Assembly (NCBI GenBank): GCA_051362555.1
Contig: CM120646.1
Coordinates: 13,516,001-13,580,000 of the forward strand
Reading direction: 5' to 3'
Origin: Lingula anatina
Taxonomy: Eukaryota > Animalia > Brachiopoda
Length of the DNA: 64,000 bases
Part shown: positions 1-12,804 of the stretch, in pieces
How positions within the stretch are numbered: the first letter of the stretch is position 1
Layout: every line of letters starts with the position of its first letter
The notes under the pieces: generated by a model
Told to the model about the DNA's origin: nothing
Databases searched by the model: none
Seen by the model: only the letters and a program-made list of their open reading frames with translations
Made by a program: the position numbers and the translations under genes

Positions 1-1138
1 CTGATACATCTTAATGCCATTTGGATACCCATTAGTTAAATAAAGAGCACGTTCACAACAAATTTAGAACCAATGCTGAGCGATAAACATCGAACTCGAT
101 ATTTTATACTTGGCCAGCGCTATTTCTCCCAATGTATCACATATATTTTGTATTTAAATTGCTGGGCATCCTTCTTTAACTTTTTGTAAATCATGCATCT
201 CCTGGGGCAACACAAAAAAGGCCACATTTACTGTCGTGGGTTAAACAAGGGACACAAAATTTTACATTAATTTCCAAATAAAGAAACAATAACAATTAAA
301 TATTGATTTGAAATCTTGCAAAGATAAATGTGGCGACTCTGCGCGGAATAGGTTCAGTGGTGTTATCTGACTGTATGGATGGACTCATATTCAAGAGATG
401 GACGCATTAACTCTTTATGTATAGGTTCTAGAGCTTTTGATTGATTGGACGTGTTATCCATTGGTTATCCTTTATGAGTTTTAAATTTTTTACAAATTAG
501 AAAATGACTGTGTCATATAGTAACAAACTGCATGTTTCTATTTTAAAACAATTAATTTATTATGACTGAGACATACAAATGTGAAGGAATCACAAAATGA
601 CTGCTATTTGAAATAGTGTACTTTAATTCAAATGTCATTTCATTGGAAAACATTTGATCTCTGGTTTAATCTATGAGCTGCATGTCTTGCAGACCAAAAC
701 AACATATATACTTAACTGGTAAATTTTGGTAGCACTTACACAAAGACTTTTAATGTAATGTTTTATCAAAAGGAAGATGTGTAAACCTGTTTTGCAATAC
801 ATAAGCGCAATTAACATATATGGGATGACGTAACCCCTAATCGGTATATTAAACGGTTGACTCAAGATTTATTTTTAATGTTTAAATGTCATTGTGACCT
901 CTAATGAACGCACAGTCAAACGTAAAAGTGCGTCGACAAGTTGTAAATACACAAGATGGAAGCCATAAGCAGTTGCTTACAAGTCAGATGCTTCAACAGA
1001 ATTTTTTCTACAAAATCCAAGGCAGAAGCAATAAGTAAACTTTTTAAAAAGATAGCATTTGTTCTTTATATGGACGCTTCAAATGATTTTTCCGCAATAT
1101 CCATATCGAAACCCATCCGTGAGATATTCTGGTAGTGC

Positions 1139-2844
1139 TTAGAGGCCCACATTACTCATCTCTATCTGCAACTGGCACATGACACAGTGCATACAGCACA
1201 AGGACGCCATGCAATCATCGCAAATACTTCCCTATAATAAGACAAGGACACGTTTCAATGAAAACCAATCAAAGCTGAGAAAAATAATTTTACATAGCCA
1301 TATATGCATCTGAATGATATAATCCTATTCAGTGATATCAGTAGTGCCCTAGGACCTATTCCCATGGCAACTGTCGGTCTACGGGATCTCGCTGAATGCC
1401 ATTTTCCAAACATACTTGCATAATCACCAGGGTCCGGTTTTATAAAGGACGTTTAGCAATAACCAGTGGATAAATTCTCTAAACACTGGTTAACTAAACG
1501 GAGGGTAAAACTGCGTTTTATATACAGCGTTTAAACAGACGGTTAGTTAACGGACGTTTAATTTAATTAACCAGTGTTTAGTTGCTATGAACAACTTATC
1601 CAGACCATATTTGGAAATAAAAGCAGGTTTGCCATTTTTATCCGGCGTTTAAGGAATTTAAACTACCTCCCTCGAGCATATAAATCTAACCAACCGTTAA
1701 GAAGATTTAACCATTGGTTAGTGCTAAACGACGTTTATGAAACCCAGTTAAACGTCATTTAAATTAAACGCTGGATTTAACCGGTGGTTAGTGCTAAACG
1801 TCCTTTATAAAACCGGGTCCAGCTTTTCTGTATACATGTACTACTCAACGCTAGGAGGCATATTGATTTATTAAACTGGTTGAGTTCAGCGAGAGTCCCC
1901 AAGGATTGGATCGATCTACGTAGACCGATAGTTTCCATGGGAATGAGCCCTAATATTCGAGCCTTACGTTCTATATTACCTGGATATTGTATCTCTCTCG
2001 CATAGCTGTTCTCATGGTTATCAAGGCAAATGGGACGCAGCACCCCACGCAGCAACTCTCGCCCATTCTGCTTGACAAGTAGGCTAAGTAGCAAGGTTCC
2101 CAATTTCCCAACCAGTATACCGCGCAACCTATGAGTACATTTGGATTAAGTATATATGCATTAACAAAATCATTTCTCTTTCTTGCCATTCCAACAATAT
2201 TTTTATTAACAAATTAAGTAATAATAAGTCAAAAGAGTAAACGTAAATGACGTAAATGTCAGGCTGTGCGTGTCTTGGTATCAATTAGTTATTGTGCAGA
2301 AAAGGTTGTTTCGGGTGCAATTGCTTTAGAGAAGCTGAGGGCAGCTTGCGACTTAAAATCTGTGCTATGGTCACAGAGACACCGCCGTGCCAAAATTGCT
2401 GTAGAGAAGCACTCCTTCCTTACACACTCCCATGTCGCTGCAACAACCGCACAGTCCAGACTTCCACTGCCTTTTGGACGGGGTCACTTGCTGACCACCT
2501 TGCTGGATGACCACGGTCATAGGCTGTGAACAAAAATCATTTAGTGACATTTGTATACCGACCACAAAAACCTTTTTACAGTTGAAAACAGAAACGTGTA
2601 GTTTCGCGCACTGCGAATGTCGTCAACATTACGTCATTCCAAAGAAAAATGAACAATTTCTTACTACTGTTGATTTCTTTCCTTGTTTGGGGTGCTGTAC
2701 GTAAAGCCACACTTTTTTTATTTTTATGGATGACATCCTCTGGGGACCCCAAAATCGGTGCGAGCGGGCGAAAAAAAAACAGTCCAACAAAAAAAAAACT
2801 GCTTAAGAAAAGTTATGTTTTCAGTACACAGCTGGGGGGGGGGG

Positions 2845-2897
<53 letters not shown>

Positions 2898-3178
2898 GAG
2901 AACGGACGAAAATCGGTGCCCGCGCAGGATGTCATCCATAAAAATAAAAAAGTGTGGCCTAATATAAAACATCGACAATAAGGAGGTAGGTCAAAATTAT
3001 GCAGATATACACCAAATGTATATGTGACTGAATCGTTCACTTTTTTGAGAAATGTCCCTACTTCTGGAATAAGAAATTATCATCGACCTTTGCTTTAAAT
3101 CTGCTTTTCTTTTACCTTTATTTGCGTCATTATTAAAGATAACGGTATTTCAGTTTTGTTTTACGTGACTGAAACGTC

Positions 3179-3231
<53 letters not shown>

Positions 3232-3738
3232 TTTGTTTGAAATATCCCTACTTCTGGAGCAAGAAATTATCAAGCTTTTCTTTTACCTTTATTTGCGTCA
3301 TTATTAAACATAACGGTATTTCAGTTTTGTTTTACGTGACTGAAACGTTCCCTTTTTTTGTTTGAAATATCCCTACTTCTGGAGCAAGAAATTATCATCT
3401 TCCTTTGCTTTAAACAAGCTTTTCTTTTACCTTTATTTGCGTCATTATTAAGGATAACGGTATTTCAGTTTTGTTTGACGTGTTTCATTGACATTTATTC
3501 AATAAAAATACCCTTCTGCAATAAAAATACCACTGATAGTAAACGTGCATACCTGTGGTTGCTGCATAAGAACAGGTCCCTGTGGGTAACCATATTGTCC
3601 TTGACCTTGCATTATCATTTGACCTGGAATCTGACCTGGGGATTGTAGCTGAGGGTTGCTGTACGAGTGCGTCATCGGGTAGGAGGGGGGGCCTGGATGG
3701 GCGGTCTCGAGAGGATAACCGTCGTTCCACTCCCCCAT
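1139..3738 (-). CDS. PLAC8/cornifelin-family Cys-rich protein, copy 1 (4 coding exons)
   Basis: Exons 3738-3553, 2523-2424, 2128-1980 and 1231-1139, all GT-AG and phase-compatible. The protein has a Pro/Gln/Tyr-rich N-terminus, then WKSGLCGCCSDMGVCC...MGESCCVGCC...RTAMRERYNIQGSICDDC...CVMCQLQIE, the PLAC8 domain signature. An in-frame ATG at 3777 may be intronic; MGE is the start shared with copies 2 and 3. Confidence 0.9.
1431..1819. mobile_element. Harbinger-like MITE in a PLAC8 copy 1 intron
   Basis: TIRs GGTCCGGTTTTATAAAGGACGTTTAGCA / TGCTAAACGTCCTTTATAAAACCGGGTC flanked by a CAG-CAG 3-bp TSD; internal TTAACC/TAAACG subrepeats. Confidence 0.75.
2705..2959. mobile_element. Tourist/Harbinger-like MITE
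   Basis: TIRs AGCCACACTTTTTTTATTTTTATGGATGACATCCT / AGGATGTCATCCATAAAAATAAAAAAGTGTGGCC with a TAA TSD; absent from the paralogous intron of copy 2 (about 8845). Confidence 0.8.
3025..3480. repeat. Intronic tandem triplication of a 130-180 bp unit with a poly-T expansion
   Basis: Three copies of CCCTACTTCTGGA...TTTGCGTCATTATTAA...AACGGTATTTCAGTTTTGTTT. Confidence 0.85.
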
Positions 3739-4989
3739 ATCTCGATCCTTGCTACCTCTATAAGCCATCCTAACCATATCAATGGTAAACAGAATTACAC
3801 ACTAAAATAAGCACATAAAATGGCATGGTTAGACTTTGAAACCAGTCAGATAACTCTGAATACACAGTACTATCGGGACCGTAGGCTGAAAAAAAGTGGG
3901 TCGGGTGCCCTCATGGCTGATGGAAGATTAGAGACTTAATTTAGATTGGGAGAAAAGGAAAAGGTCCTTATAAAGCTTACTGATTTTGTTCTTTTTCAAA
4001 AATCTCAGGTGGGGGGGCGACCCCACCCACGCACCCCGCAGGCTACGGTCCCGATCGTCGAGTTGCCGAAACCCTGTAAACTTTTTAACAGACATGCTCC
4101 CTTCAACCCTAACGAAACATAAGTAGTTCGCCTTCTCCAGCTATCAGGAAAGCGTGTGTGTAAAATTGTTTTCAGGATACATGTATAACATATTTGGGTC
4201 AACAGTGTAAGTGAGTGGTATCTACTTTACGATGTCACATGCAGAAACAAATGAGTTTGCTTTCTGATAGCAAGGGAAAGTAACCACAGTATGCCTCACA
4301 CCGCTTCCTTGATGTCACGTTAAGCACAATTAAGTTTTCGAGAGTTTTAACACCGTGCAATGTGACTCTTTCAGATGCCTGTCTCCAGTCTATGTAAGCT
4401 TTATAATCCCCTACAAGACAATACGCCCACTGGTCAGAGATTAAAATGACGCTTTACTGTTCATTAAAAGTTTTAAAAATCATGATCAAGAATGTTTTGA
4501 ATAGTTATCACTAAGGCAATAGCAATCTCAAAACCGTGTCCTGTTTCCTAAAAAAAGAGGGCGATTCTTAGCTCCGTGCCATCGATGGAAAACGGCGGAG
4601 ACATACCTAGATGCTAAATACGTTGCAAATACTCACTACTCCAGAGCGTTATAAAGTGCGCCGCACGTTTGTAAAAAAATCGCAGCAGGGAGAAGACACC
4701 ACCCTTACTTGTTATGAACATGATGGTTGGGACGGGAGTACATGTAGATCCCCTTTTCCATGTGGATCCCATTTCTCATTAAAATTTTTAAACAATATTT
4801 CAAATTATTTCAATTTACACCAGCACAACTGATTATCATCTCTCGTGCATCAGATGGTGTGCATTGAATTCCCGCGACGAATTTTTAAGGATTCTCCTTT
4901 TGACATAATCAACGTCATTCATTAAATTTAGGTTCAATCCAGTGGGCTCCACATTTGAAATTTCTTGACAGACGACCCTTTTTAACATG

Positions 4990-5215
4990 CCGACGCCTTG
5001 TGGTTAGAGTATCCGCCTCCGGAGCTGGAGGGCGTGCATTCGACCTCTCCTGAGGACATACCAGTCCTTCATAAACGGTACCTGCTGTCTCCCCACTTGG
5101 CACTCATCTTTAAGGGGTGGAAACAGGGTTTTAAGAGCCCAATACGGCAGCCAAGCTGTATCCTCCCCGGGGAGTAGAGGGCGACAACTTATAGTGTGCA
5201 ACAGGGCTAAAATGA
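4990..5215 (+). mobile_element. tRNA-derived SINE with a MetaSINE-like core
   Basis: tRNA-like head GCCTTGTGGTTAGAGTATCCGCC...ATTCGACC followed by CATACCAG...AAACGGTACCTGCTGTCTCCCCACTTGGCACTCA, which resembles the Meta core domain as recalled, not searched. Confidence 0.55.
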
Positions 5216-5937
5216 CCAGGCTTCCTTTGATTTGAATTTTAAATTATATATATATATATATAACTTCAACATTTCAACCTTCGCGGTTGCTAAATCTCAC
5301 TTACGCTTAGTATTTTTGTGACTTACCTTTCCACAAGCGAAGGCGTATTAATATCTGGGCAGAACCCAAACCCTTGTTTTATTGATCAAACGGTCTTATC
5401 TGTTTGCCCCAAACATGAACTTTATTGCCTCAGGCCTTTGGGTAAAGAAACCACCCAGTGATACCGGTGATAAATTGCTCTTCCTGGAACAGCGCAAAAT
5501 TCTCAAGAAGTTCTGAAGTGGGCGGTATGAAAGGTATGTGTCCGTTTCTCTTTTTACTGCAGCTTCTCTCCGCACTTTTAAGTTTGCCTTGTTCGTGATG
5601 ATCCTCCCTAGTTCACTATCAGCTTCTACCATTTGTCATTGGTTTGGATGAAAGGTTGTGAATAATTTCAGTTTATTTAGTTCACATTTGAAGAGTTTTG
5701 AGTGCTCCTCTGTCTCTTTTGTCCAAAAGGAACTGGTCTACGCATCCTGGTGTCATCCACCCGGAGCACATGACCAACTAACGTAGTTGTTATTACCCCC
5801 TCCTCTCTTCAGGAGGAGAATTCCTCAGTACTTTCCACCTTTCTTAGGCTTTGGCTTTAGAGATCATACAAAAATGTACAATACTGTCATTTAAAAAAGT
5901 GCTGGTGGTGCTGCAGTGACTTGATATCCTGTCAGTA

Positions 5938-6037
5938 CATCCCATCAAACACAGAACGTTATTAAAACGTTGCCATAACGTTCTGGTAACGTTTAAGTAA
6001 CGTTCTTTTTTTTTTTTTTTTTTTTTTTTGCTGGGAT
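5938..6037. mobile_element. Short CCCAGCAAAC-type non-autonomous DNA element
   Basis: CCCATCAAACACAGAACGTT...TTGCTGGG ends with AACGTT subrepeats; a related copy lies at about 22462-22530. Confidence 0.55.
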
Positions 6038-6039
6038 GT

Positions 6040-6640
6040 AATTGCCGCCTGATACATGAATGTGGACATGGCAACTAAGAGCTTGTATTTCGGTGGGAAG
6101 TATCCAAGGCAGATTTCCCAAAAGTCGTCATACAGAAACCTCTCAAAAGAGATGGCTGCCTTGCGGGATTCGATAGTCAATGCGCTTTATGGTCGGGCAT
6201 CATATGAAATAAAAACCCCAAGGTTATCGAAAGCTTCAACAAATTTCAAGTCAATGCTCATCATACTGGGTGTATGGTATTCTCTACTAAGGAACTCTAT
6301 GGTGTAATATCTCTGTCTTCTTCACCAAAAAGCATTGGCAATCTTCGCAATCTGGCTCAGCGTTTGCGAGCAGAGCACAATAATCTCTAATAAATATTAG
6401 TATTTCAGTGTAGGACATGGACCTGGGCAGGTTGAACAGGCTGCCATATTATCTGTTCGGAACTTGATGTAACTTCATTCTGTGGTGTCTCCCATGACTT
6501 CTCTCAACATCAGGTTGAAAAATAGTGCAGATAAGTAAGGCGTTAAAACACTTCCTTGCTGACCTCATTGCTAATAAGGTGCTAACAGAGGTTCATTAAT
6601 GGATAGTGGTTCATTAATCTTCTCTATTACATTCCCAAGC
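6040..6640 (-). mobile_element. Degenerate RTE (BovB-like) LINE reverse transcriptase relic
   Basis: Frameshifted minus-strand translation gives QGSVLTPYLSALFFNLML...YIKFRTD...GSLFNL...DYCALLA...KKTEILH...LKFVEAFDNLG...RKAAISFERF, matching RTE RT motifs such as QGCVLAP, YRTDGSLFNL, FADDCALLA and KKTEV. Confidence 0.7.
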
Positions 6641-7756
6641 GTACTATCACTATCGAATTTCTATGCGTGTAGTCCCTGTCATTGATACTAGGAATGTCAA
6701 TTGTTAAATCAGATCAAAGTTAAAGAGTCACTTGCAATTGCTGCATGACACAAACTACATGTACATAAAAGGCGAAGCAAGGCCACATAGGTCAAACTGT
6801 GACCTGCGCGTCTATTGATTGTACTAGAGAAAGTGTCCTATTGCGGAAAAGTTTAAGTTACACGTTGTATCAGTCGAGGTACATGTAGGTGAAGTGCAGA
6901 AAAAACTTAATATAATAATTACTGATAAAGAAGATTGACTGCTACACGACTATTAGCGCCGAATGCGATCTACCTGTGGCATTGCAATAAGACAAGTGAA
7001 TTGAAATCCAATTAGAGTGAGTCCAAACCTTTGTTACTGTAGTTACTTGTTCGGTGTCGACAGCCCGTTGAACCAACTTATATATTTAAATATCATAAGA
7101 GTGGCTTTCAAGGAACATAGTGCAAAATAACCATTTAAATCACATTTTTCAAGTATTGCTAATTTATTTTCCGTGTATGGATATAAGAGTTAAGTGAGTT
7201 TAGGCTTATTCGGAGGTCTGGCAAAGATATAAGGAATCAAAGCATCAACCATTTAAAGTGACATGAAATAAGACGACTTCTTGATTAACATTCGACTTGG
7301 GAAACAATTCATCTACAATATAATTAAAGAACGTCCATGTTACGAAGACAAATGCAACACAAATGATAAACTGGTATCTTTTAAGAGCACTGAAAGTGAC
7401 TTGTAATCTGTATACAAAGAGGAGAGGTTATTGTAATACAGAAACCTCATTCACTTATCTAAAACACCGTTTTTCTAGACCTCTTATATATACATTTTAT
7501 AGCTGACTCTTTATAGTTTTATTAGATATATAAAAAATAATAGTATCAAGACATGTACGGAACACACAATCAAACGTAAAACTACAACAACAAACGGAAA
7601 TAAACAAATTAATAGTGTGTAATACGCGTGAGAGCCATAAGTAAGCTTTTAATACTTGATTACAATTGTTCAAAAATCAGATGTTTCAACTGAAATTTTT
7701 TCCACAACATCCATGTCGAGACCCATCCTTGTGGTGATGAGATGTTCCGGTTCGGC

Positions 7757-9315
7757 TTAGAGACCCACAACATTCATCTCTCTCTTTAACTGACATATTA
7801 CACAGGGGACGCAGAACGTGGTCACCATGCAATCATTGCAAATACTCCCCTATGATAAAATAACGACAAATATCAATGGAATCCAATGAAGCCAAAATAA
7901 TGCTGCAGATTAAATGGCCAGGTCAAATGTCTATGTTTTATTGGCGTAAATAATTAAAAATTTAGCATTTTCATTAGTTATGAGGTGCTGTCACAACGCA
8001 AACTGAGCTGCGAAATTAATTTTCTGTCATTCTCTGAACATTTCGAGATTTCAGAGGTTAACGAAAGAAGCAGGTTTTATGGTTTTGTGGATTTATGGTT
8101 TATGGTTTTATTGATGTTCTTATTATTTTCCCGACGTGTTACGTTTTACCTGAATTCCGTATCTCTCTCGCATAAGTGTCCGCATGACCAGCAGGGCACC
8201 AGGGACGCATAATCCGGCACAGTAACCTTCGCCCATTTTATTTGACATATGGGCCAAGTAGCAAGCTTCCTCTTGGCAAACAACAACTACCCAGAACACC
8301 GAGCAACCTGTAAGTAGATTTTGGCAAAAAATTCTTACTATTCCATCAATGACAGTTATTAACAAAGTAACTAACTAATACTGAGTTAAAGGAGCACACG
8401 TCGAAAGATGTCTGAGAGAACACAGTGGGATACTTTGGGATGCCGTTGCGATAGTGATGCAGATTACGATTTGGAATCTGTTGAAATCTTTCATTCGGTC
8501 ATCTTTCATATGGATAACATCGTGCCAGAATTGTTGTAGAGAAGCTATCTAATTACTTACACACTCCCATGTCCTCGCAGCAACCGCACAGTCCAGACGA
8601 CCACTCCCTTTTAGTCAGGGCCACTTGTTGACCACCTTGCTGGATGACCACTGTTGTCATAGGCTGTAAAATGTTGTTTTTTTTTACGTTTTTGTGTATG
8701 TATTGTACATAAACGTATTATAATTAAATATATATATACTGAAACACGAAGTCACACGTACTTTTTAACTACTGTTAGTATATACATATAATGGTCATTC
8801 CACGGAAAAGTGAACAACTTAATTTTTATATTTTTGGAGGGTGCTAAAGTATTGAAACATTGAAAGTGCCGAGGTATGCAAATATACACATTTTTTGCGT
8901 CTCTGACTTGACTCAAATGTTAACCTTCTTGTAGAATTGCGCTGTTTTCTTTAGGAACCAGAAAATTGTCAAGCTTCCCTCACTTTTGAGTTTTTTTTTC
9001 TTTAAACTTCATTTCTGAATAAGGATACCCGTATTTCAGTTTCTGTTTAACTCGTTTTATTAGATTTTTATCTTCAACCATTCTTCAATAAAATAATCGT
9101 ACCTGCGGCTGTTGCATTACAATAGGTGCTTGTTGGTAGGCATATTGTGCTTGACCTTGGTAATACATTTGACCTTGAGGCTGACCTTGAGGCTGACCTT
9201 GAGGTTGACCTTGACGCTGACCTGGGGGCGGATACTTGGGGCTGCTATCCGAATGTCGCGGCGACCAATAGTCTGGTTGCGGGATCTCGTGAAAATCCTC
9301 GTAGCGCTCTCCCAT
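7757..9315 (-). CDS. PLAC8/cornifelin-family protein, copy 2
   Basis: Exons 9315-9103, 8663-8561, 8307-8150 and 7849-7757; (QGQP)n N-terminus, WSSGLCGCCEDMGVCC, GSICNDC...CVICQLKRE; same intron positions as copy 1. Confidence 0.92.
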
Positions 9316-9952
9316 ATTTCAATCTTTATTACCTATTTAATTCATGGTAACCATACTGTAGTAATGGTAAAGAAAAATAATATGAAACAAAATTGTGATT
9401 GTTGATATTTATACAAAAACGCAAATAAACATATAGGTCGACCTGACCAATCTGACAGAGCGTAGGTTCAGTATATGTTTGTGTGCTGGGCTCCATAACT
9501 CGAAAGCGTCTCAAATTGCGACTGAGCGCAAGCATGGTGATTCGTCGCTATTCCATAACTCGAAAGCATCGCAATTTACGGTCTAGCGCTAACAGCGGTA
9601 TCACCTTTAGTTTTGAGACTATTATTTGCGTCGAGTAAATCTCTTTAATTTTAATTATGATACTATAAGTATCATGGATATTCAGCAAATCTAAACAGTA
9701 AAGGTCATAAGGCCCATGCGAGTTCAAAATCACACCTTCAAAATGACAGAATGAGGAAAAATTTATTTTATGAAATTCATCAGTTCTGTGATTTTGCAGG
9801 CAAGGTTCAAACGGTTTTCCATTTATCGTGATATCTCTAAAAGTGCACAGCGGCGGTGACGACGAAGACGCCGACGCCGACGCCAAACGCTGGTGATTTC
9901 TACATGTACAGACACGATGTGTTTTTAGATATAAACCATGTCTGATACTCAC

Positions 9953-10210
9953 CACCTTCAATCAGTAACGATCCTTAGGTCCCATAGAAAACACCAAAAT
10001 GGCGTCGGCCTTTTATGTAGCGCATACGTGCACACAATCTAGATATTTCCCCACTTTATAACAAACCGAAAGCTCCTGTACAAATACTGGTTATTATTTC
10101 GCATTGTTTGCAGTGGTTTAGGAAACTATAAAAACGTTCCCTTTATTCTTCAAAAAAAACAACATTGGGTTTTTGTTCGATCCACAGGCTGACGAGATCG
10201 ATTTACCTGT
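9953..10210 (-). promoter_or_regulatory. Putative promoter and non-coding first exon of PLAC8 copy 2
   Basis: Donor GTG|GTGAGT at 9952, YY1-like AAAATGGCG at about 9998, CATAAAA TATA-like sequence at about 10012; a homologous block sits at 20400-20675. Confidence 0.45.
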
Positions 10211-11137
10211 ATTGGGTCACATTGAGTGTCTCCTATCTTATTGTTTGGATTTCTGCTGTGTGTGCCACAATTTGTTTAACCCAAATCGTAGCAGCATATT
10301 TTGCAACACATTCCCACCGCGTGGATAGTTTACGATCGCGACTCCAATGCATTATTAAAAACTGATTGTTTTTGGTAGTAAAAAACAGAAGCTTTTTTTG
10401 TAAAATTTGTAAACATTATATAATCATACACATTGCTATTGAACTACAATGCTATTCTATATTAATCAATATTTTATCAAATTGAAAATTGTGTATATTT
10501 TAACATCTTTTAACTTAAATATCAGAAACATACAAATACAAATTATAGCACGCAAGGGCTATACAAATAAGTTTAAGTCAAAGAAAAGGCTAAGTTGTTC
10601 ACTGGATCTTGGTTTTATTTCACGTAGGAATTCATAAGAACCGTAATAACTAAAAAGAAAAAAAGAAAAAGAAAATTACAATTATACACTCACTACCGGT
10701 TATTTACGTGCTTAGATTTACTTGCACAAAAACTGATAAATTTAAATAATCACCATTAATCAGTAATAATCAATAAACAGAATTAATGACTCACCATTTA
10801 TGTCATTCCATTAACTATAACAAGTAGCAATGGTGAAAATAACTGATCAAAAAGAAAGAGTATACTATGTGTTCCTTTTACGGAGACACTGTGTTGAATG
10901 AAATAAAGTGCAAACCCTTGGGGTACCACCCTGAATGAAAAGTTATCATTTATGAAAATGAATCTCCGTTGCATTAGATGAGCCGGTTTACCCGGCTCCT
11001 CAACCTCAATAAAAGTAAACTAAACCTTACACAAACAAGAAGGTACTGCATTGCGTAGCGAAGCCGTGAGCAGTGTCACTGATACATGTACACATGTGGT
11101 ATTATGTCAGATGCATATTTTCAGTTTTCTTTTTGAA

Positions 11138-11345
11138 ACCTGATGTAACTTCATTCTGTGGTGTCTACCTTGGCTTCTTTTAACATCAGGTAGAAAATAA
11201 TACAAATAAGTAAGGCGCTTAAACATTTCTTTGCTGACCTCATTGTTAATAAGGAATTGAACAAAAGTTCATATAAAGGTTCATAAATGGATAGGCTAAA
11301 TGTTCTTAAATGTTCTTTATTACATTCCCAAGCAAAGTATCAGTA
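11138..11345 (-). mobile_element. Duplicated fragment of the RTE LINE relic
   Basis: Collinear with about 6460-6650 (TGATGTAACTTCATTCTGTGGTGTCT...TTGCTGACCTCATTG). Confidence 0.7.
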
Positions 11346-11357
11346 TTAAACCTCTAA

Positions 11358-11659
11358 GACCGCATTCACAACGAGTTGAGCCAGGCTTTACAGATCCTGG
11401 GGACTAAATATGGCGGACGTACATGAAAGAAAAACCGCCTAATCTTTTAATAGTCTCTCCGCCTCTCACACGCCTCTCCATGCGTCGTCCCTGCGGGGGT
11501 ACAGTCATTAAATTTCGGCTCCATTGGGACGACACATGGGGAGGCGTGTGAGAGGCGGAGAGACTATTAAAAGATTAGGCGGTTTTTCTTTCATGTACGT
11601 CCGCCATAGTTAGTCTCCAGGATTTGTAAAGCCTGGCTCAACTCGTTGTGAATGCGGTC
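11358..11659. mobile_element. Palindromic Harbinger-type MITE
   Basis: Near-perfect inverted arms of about 135 bp starting GACCGCATTCACAACGAG, TAA TSD on both sides, empty site in the paralogous region at about 6660. Confidence 0.9.
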
Positions 11660-12804
11660 TAATAGTGCAGTCCTTGCCATAGATACATGCATTCTGCCAG
11701 ATGCTAGGAATGTCAGTTGTAAAATCAGGTCAAAGTTAAAGAGTCACTTGCAACTGCTGTAACTGCTGCATGACACAAACTACATGTAAGAGAGGTGAAA
11801 CAAGGCCACATAGGTCAAACTGTGACCCGTGTGTCTATTGATTGTACTAGAGAAAGTTACACGTTGCATCAGTCCAGGTAGGTGAAGTGCAGAAAAAATT
11901 ACAATAATTATTGCTCAAAAGAGTTTGACGGCTACACGCCCCTTCTTCCGAATCCAATCTACTTGTGGGCATGTAATAAAACCAGAGAATTAACATGTAA
12001 TAAAATATATATAACAGCGAGCCCAAACCTTTGTTACAGAAATCATTTGCTTGCCGATTACCCGTTTTACAACGCACGTGCATCTGAGAAACCACCTTAT
12101 TATTTAAATTTCACAAGAGTGCCTTTCAAAGAACATAGTAAAAAAAATAATAACCATTAAATTCACTATTTTCGATTATTGCTAATTTATTTTCCGTGTA
12201 TGGATATGAGAGGTTAGAGAGGTGAGGCATACAGCATGCGTATCATTCATTCGAGGTATGGAAATAATGTAAGCAAACAGTTTAATGCACCAACCTTTTA
12301 CGATATAAAAAAAATAACTTCTTGATTAACATTCGACTTGGAAAACAGTCCATCTACTATAAAATTAATGAACGTCCATGTTACGAAGACAAACACAACA
12401 TACATGATAAACATTTAAGAGCACTTAAAATGACTTGTAATCTATCTACAAAGAGGGTGAAGTTATTGTAATACAAAAACCTTATTCACATATCTAAAAC
12501 ACCTTTTTTGTGACCTGTACATTTTATGGCTGAATCTGTTTAGTTTTGTTAGATATTTTAAAGATACTAGTATCTAGTATCGTGACATTAACTGAATACA
12601 CAATCAAAAGAAAAACTAGGACAACAAAAAACAAACGGATATAAACCAATTATTAGTGTGTTATACGCGACAGTAGCAATAAGGGAGGTTTTAATACATG
12701 TACTTGATTTCAACTGTTCATAAATCGGATGTTTCAACCGAATTTTCTTCCACGTCATCCATGTCGAGACCCATCCTTGTGGTGATGAGATGTTTTGGTC
12801 CTGC

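Noticed and set aside
2649-3365. Poly-Phe and poly-Lys ORFs
   Set aside because: They come from homopolymer T tracts in a MITE and an intronic tandem repeat.
3739-3777. Conserved upstream ATG(GTT) in PLAC8 copies 1-3 as a regulatory uORF
   Set aside because: Its frame differs in each copy and it probably lies upstream of the TATAG|AG acceptor, so it is likely intronic; this cannot be resolved without transcripts.
4990-5060. Functional tRNA gene
   Set aside because: The arms are degenerate and run directly into a SINE core sequence.
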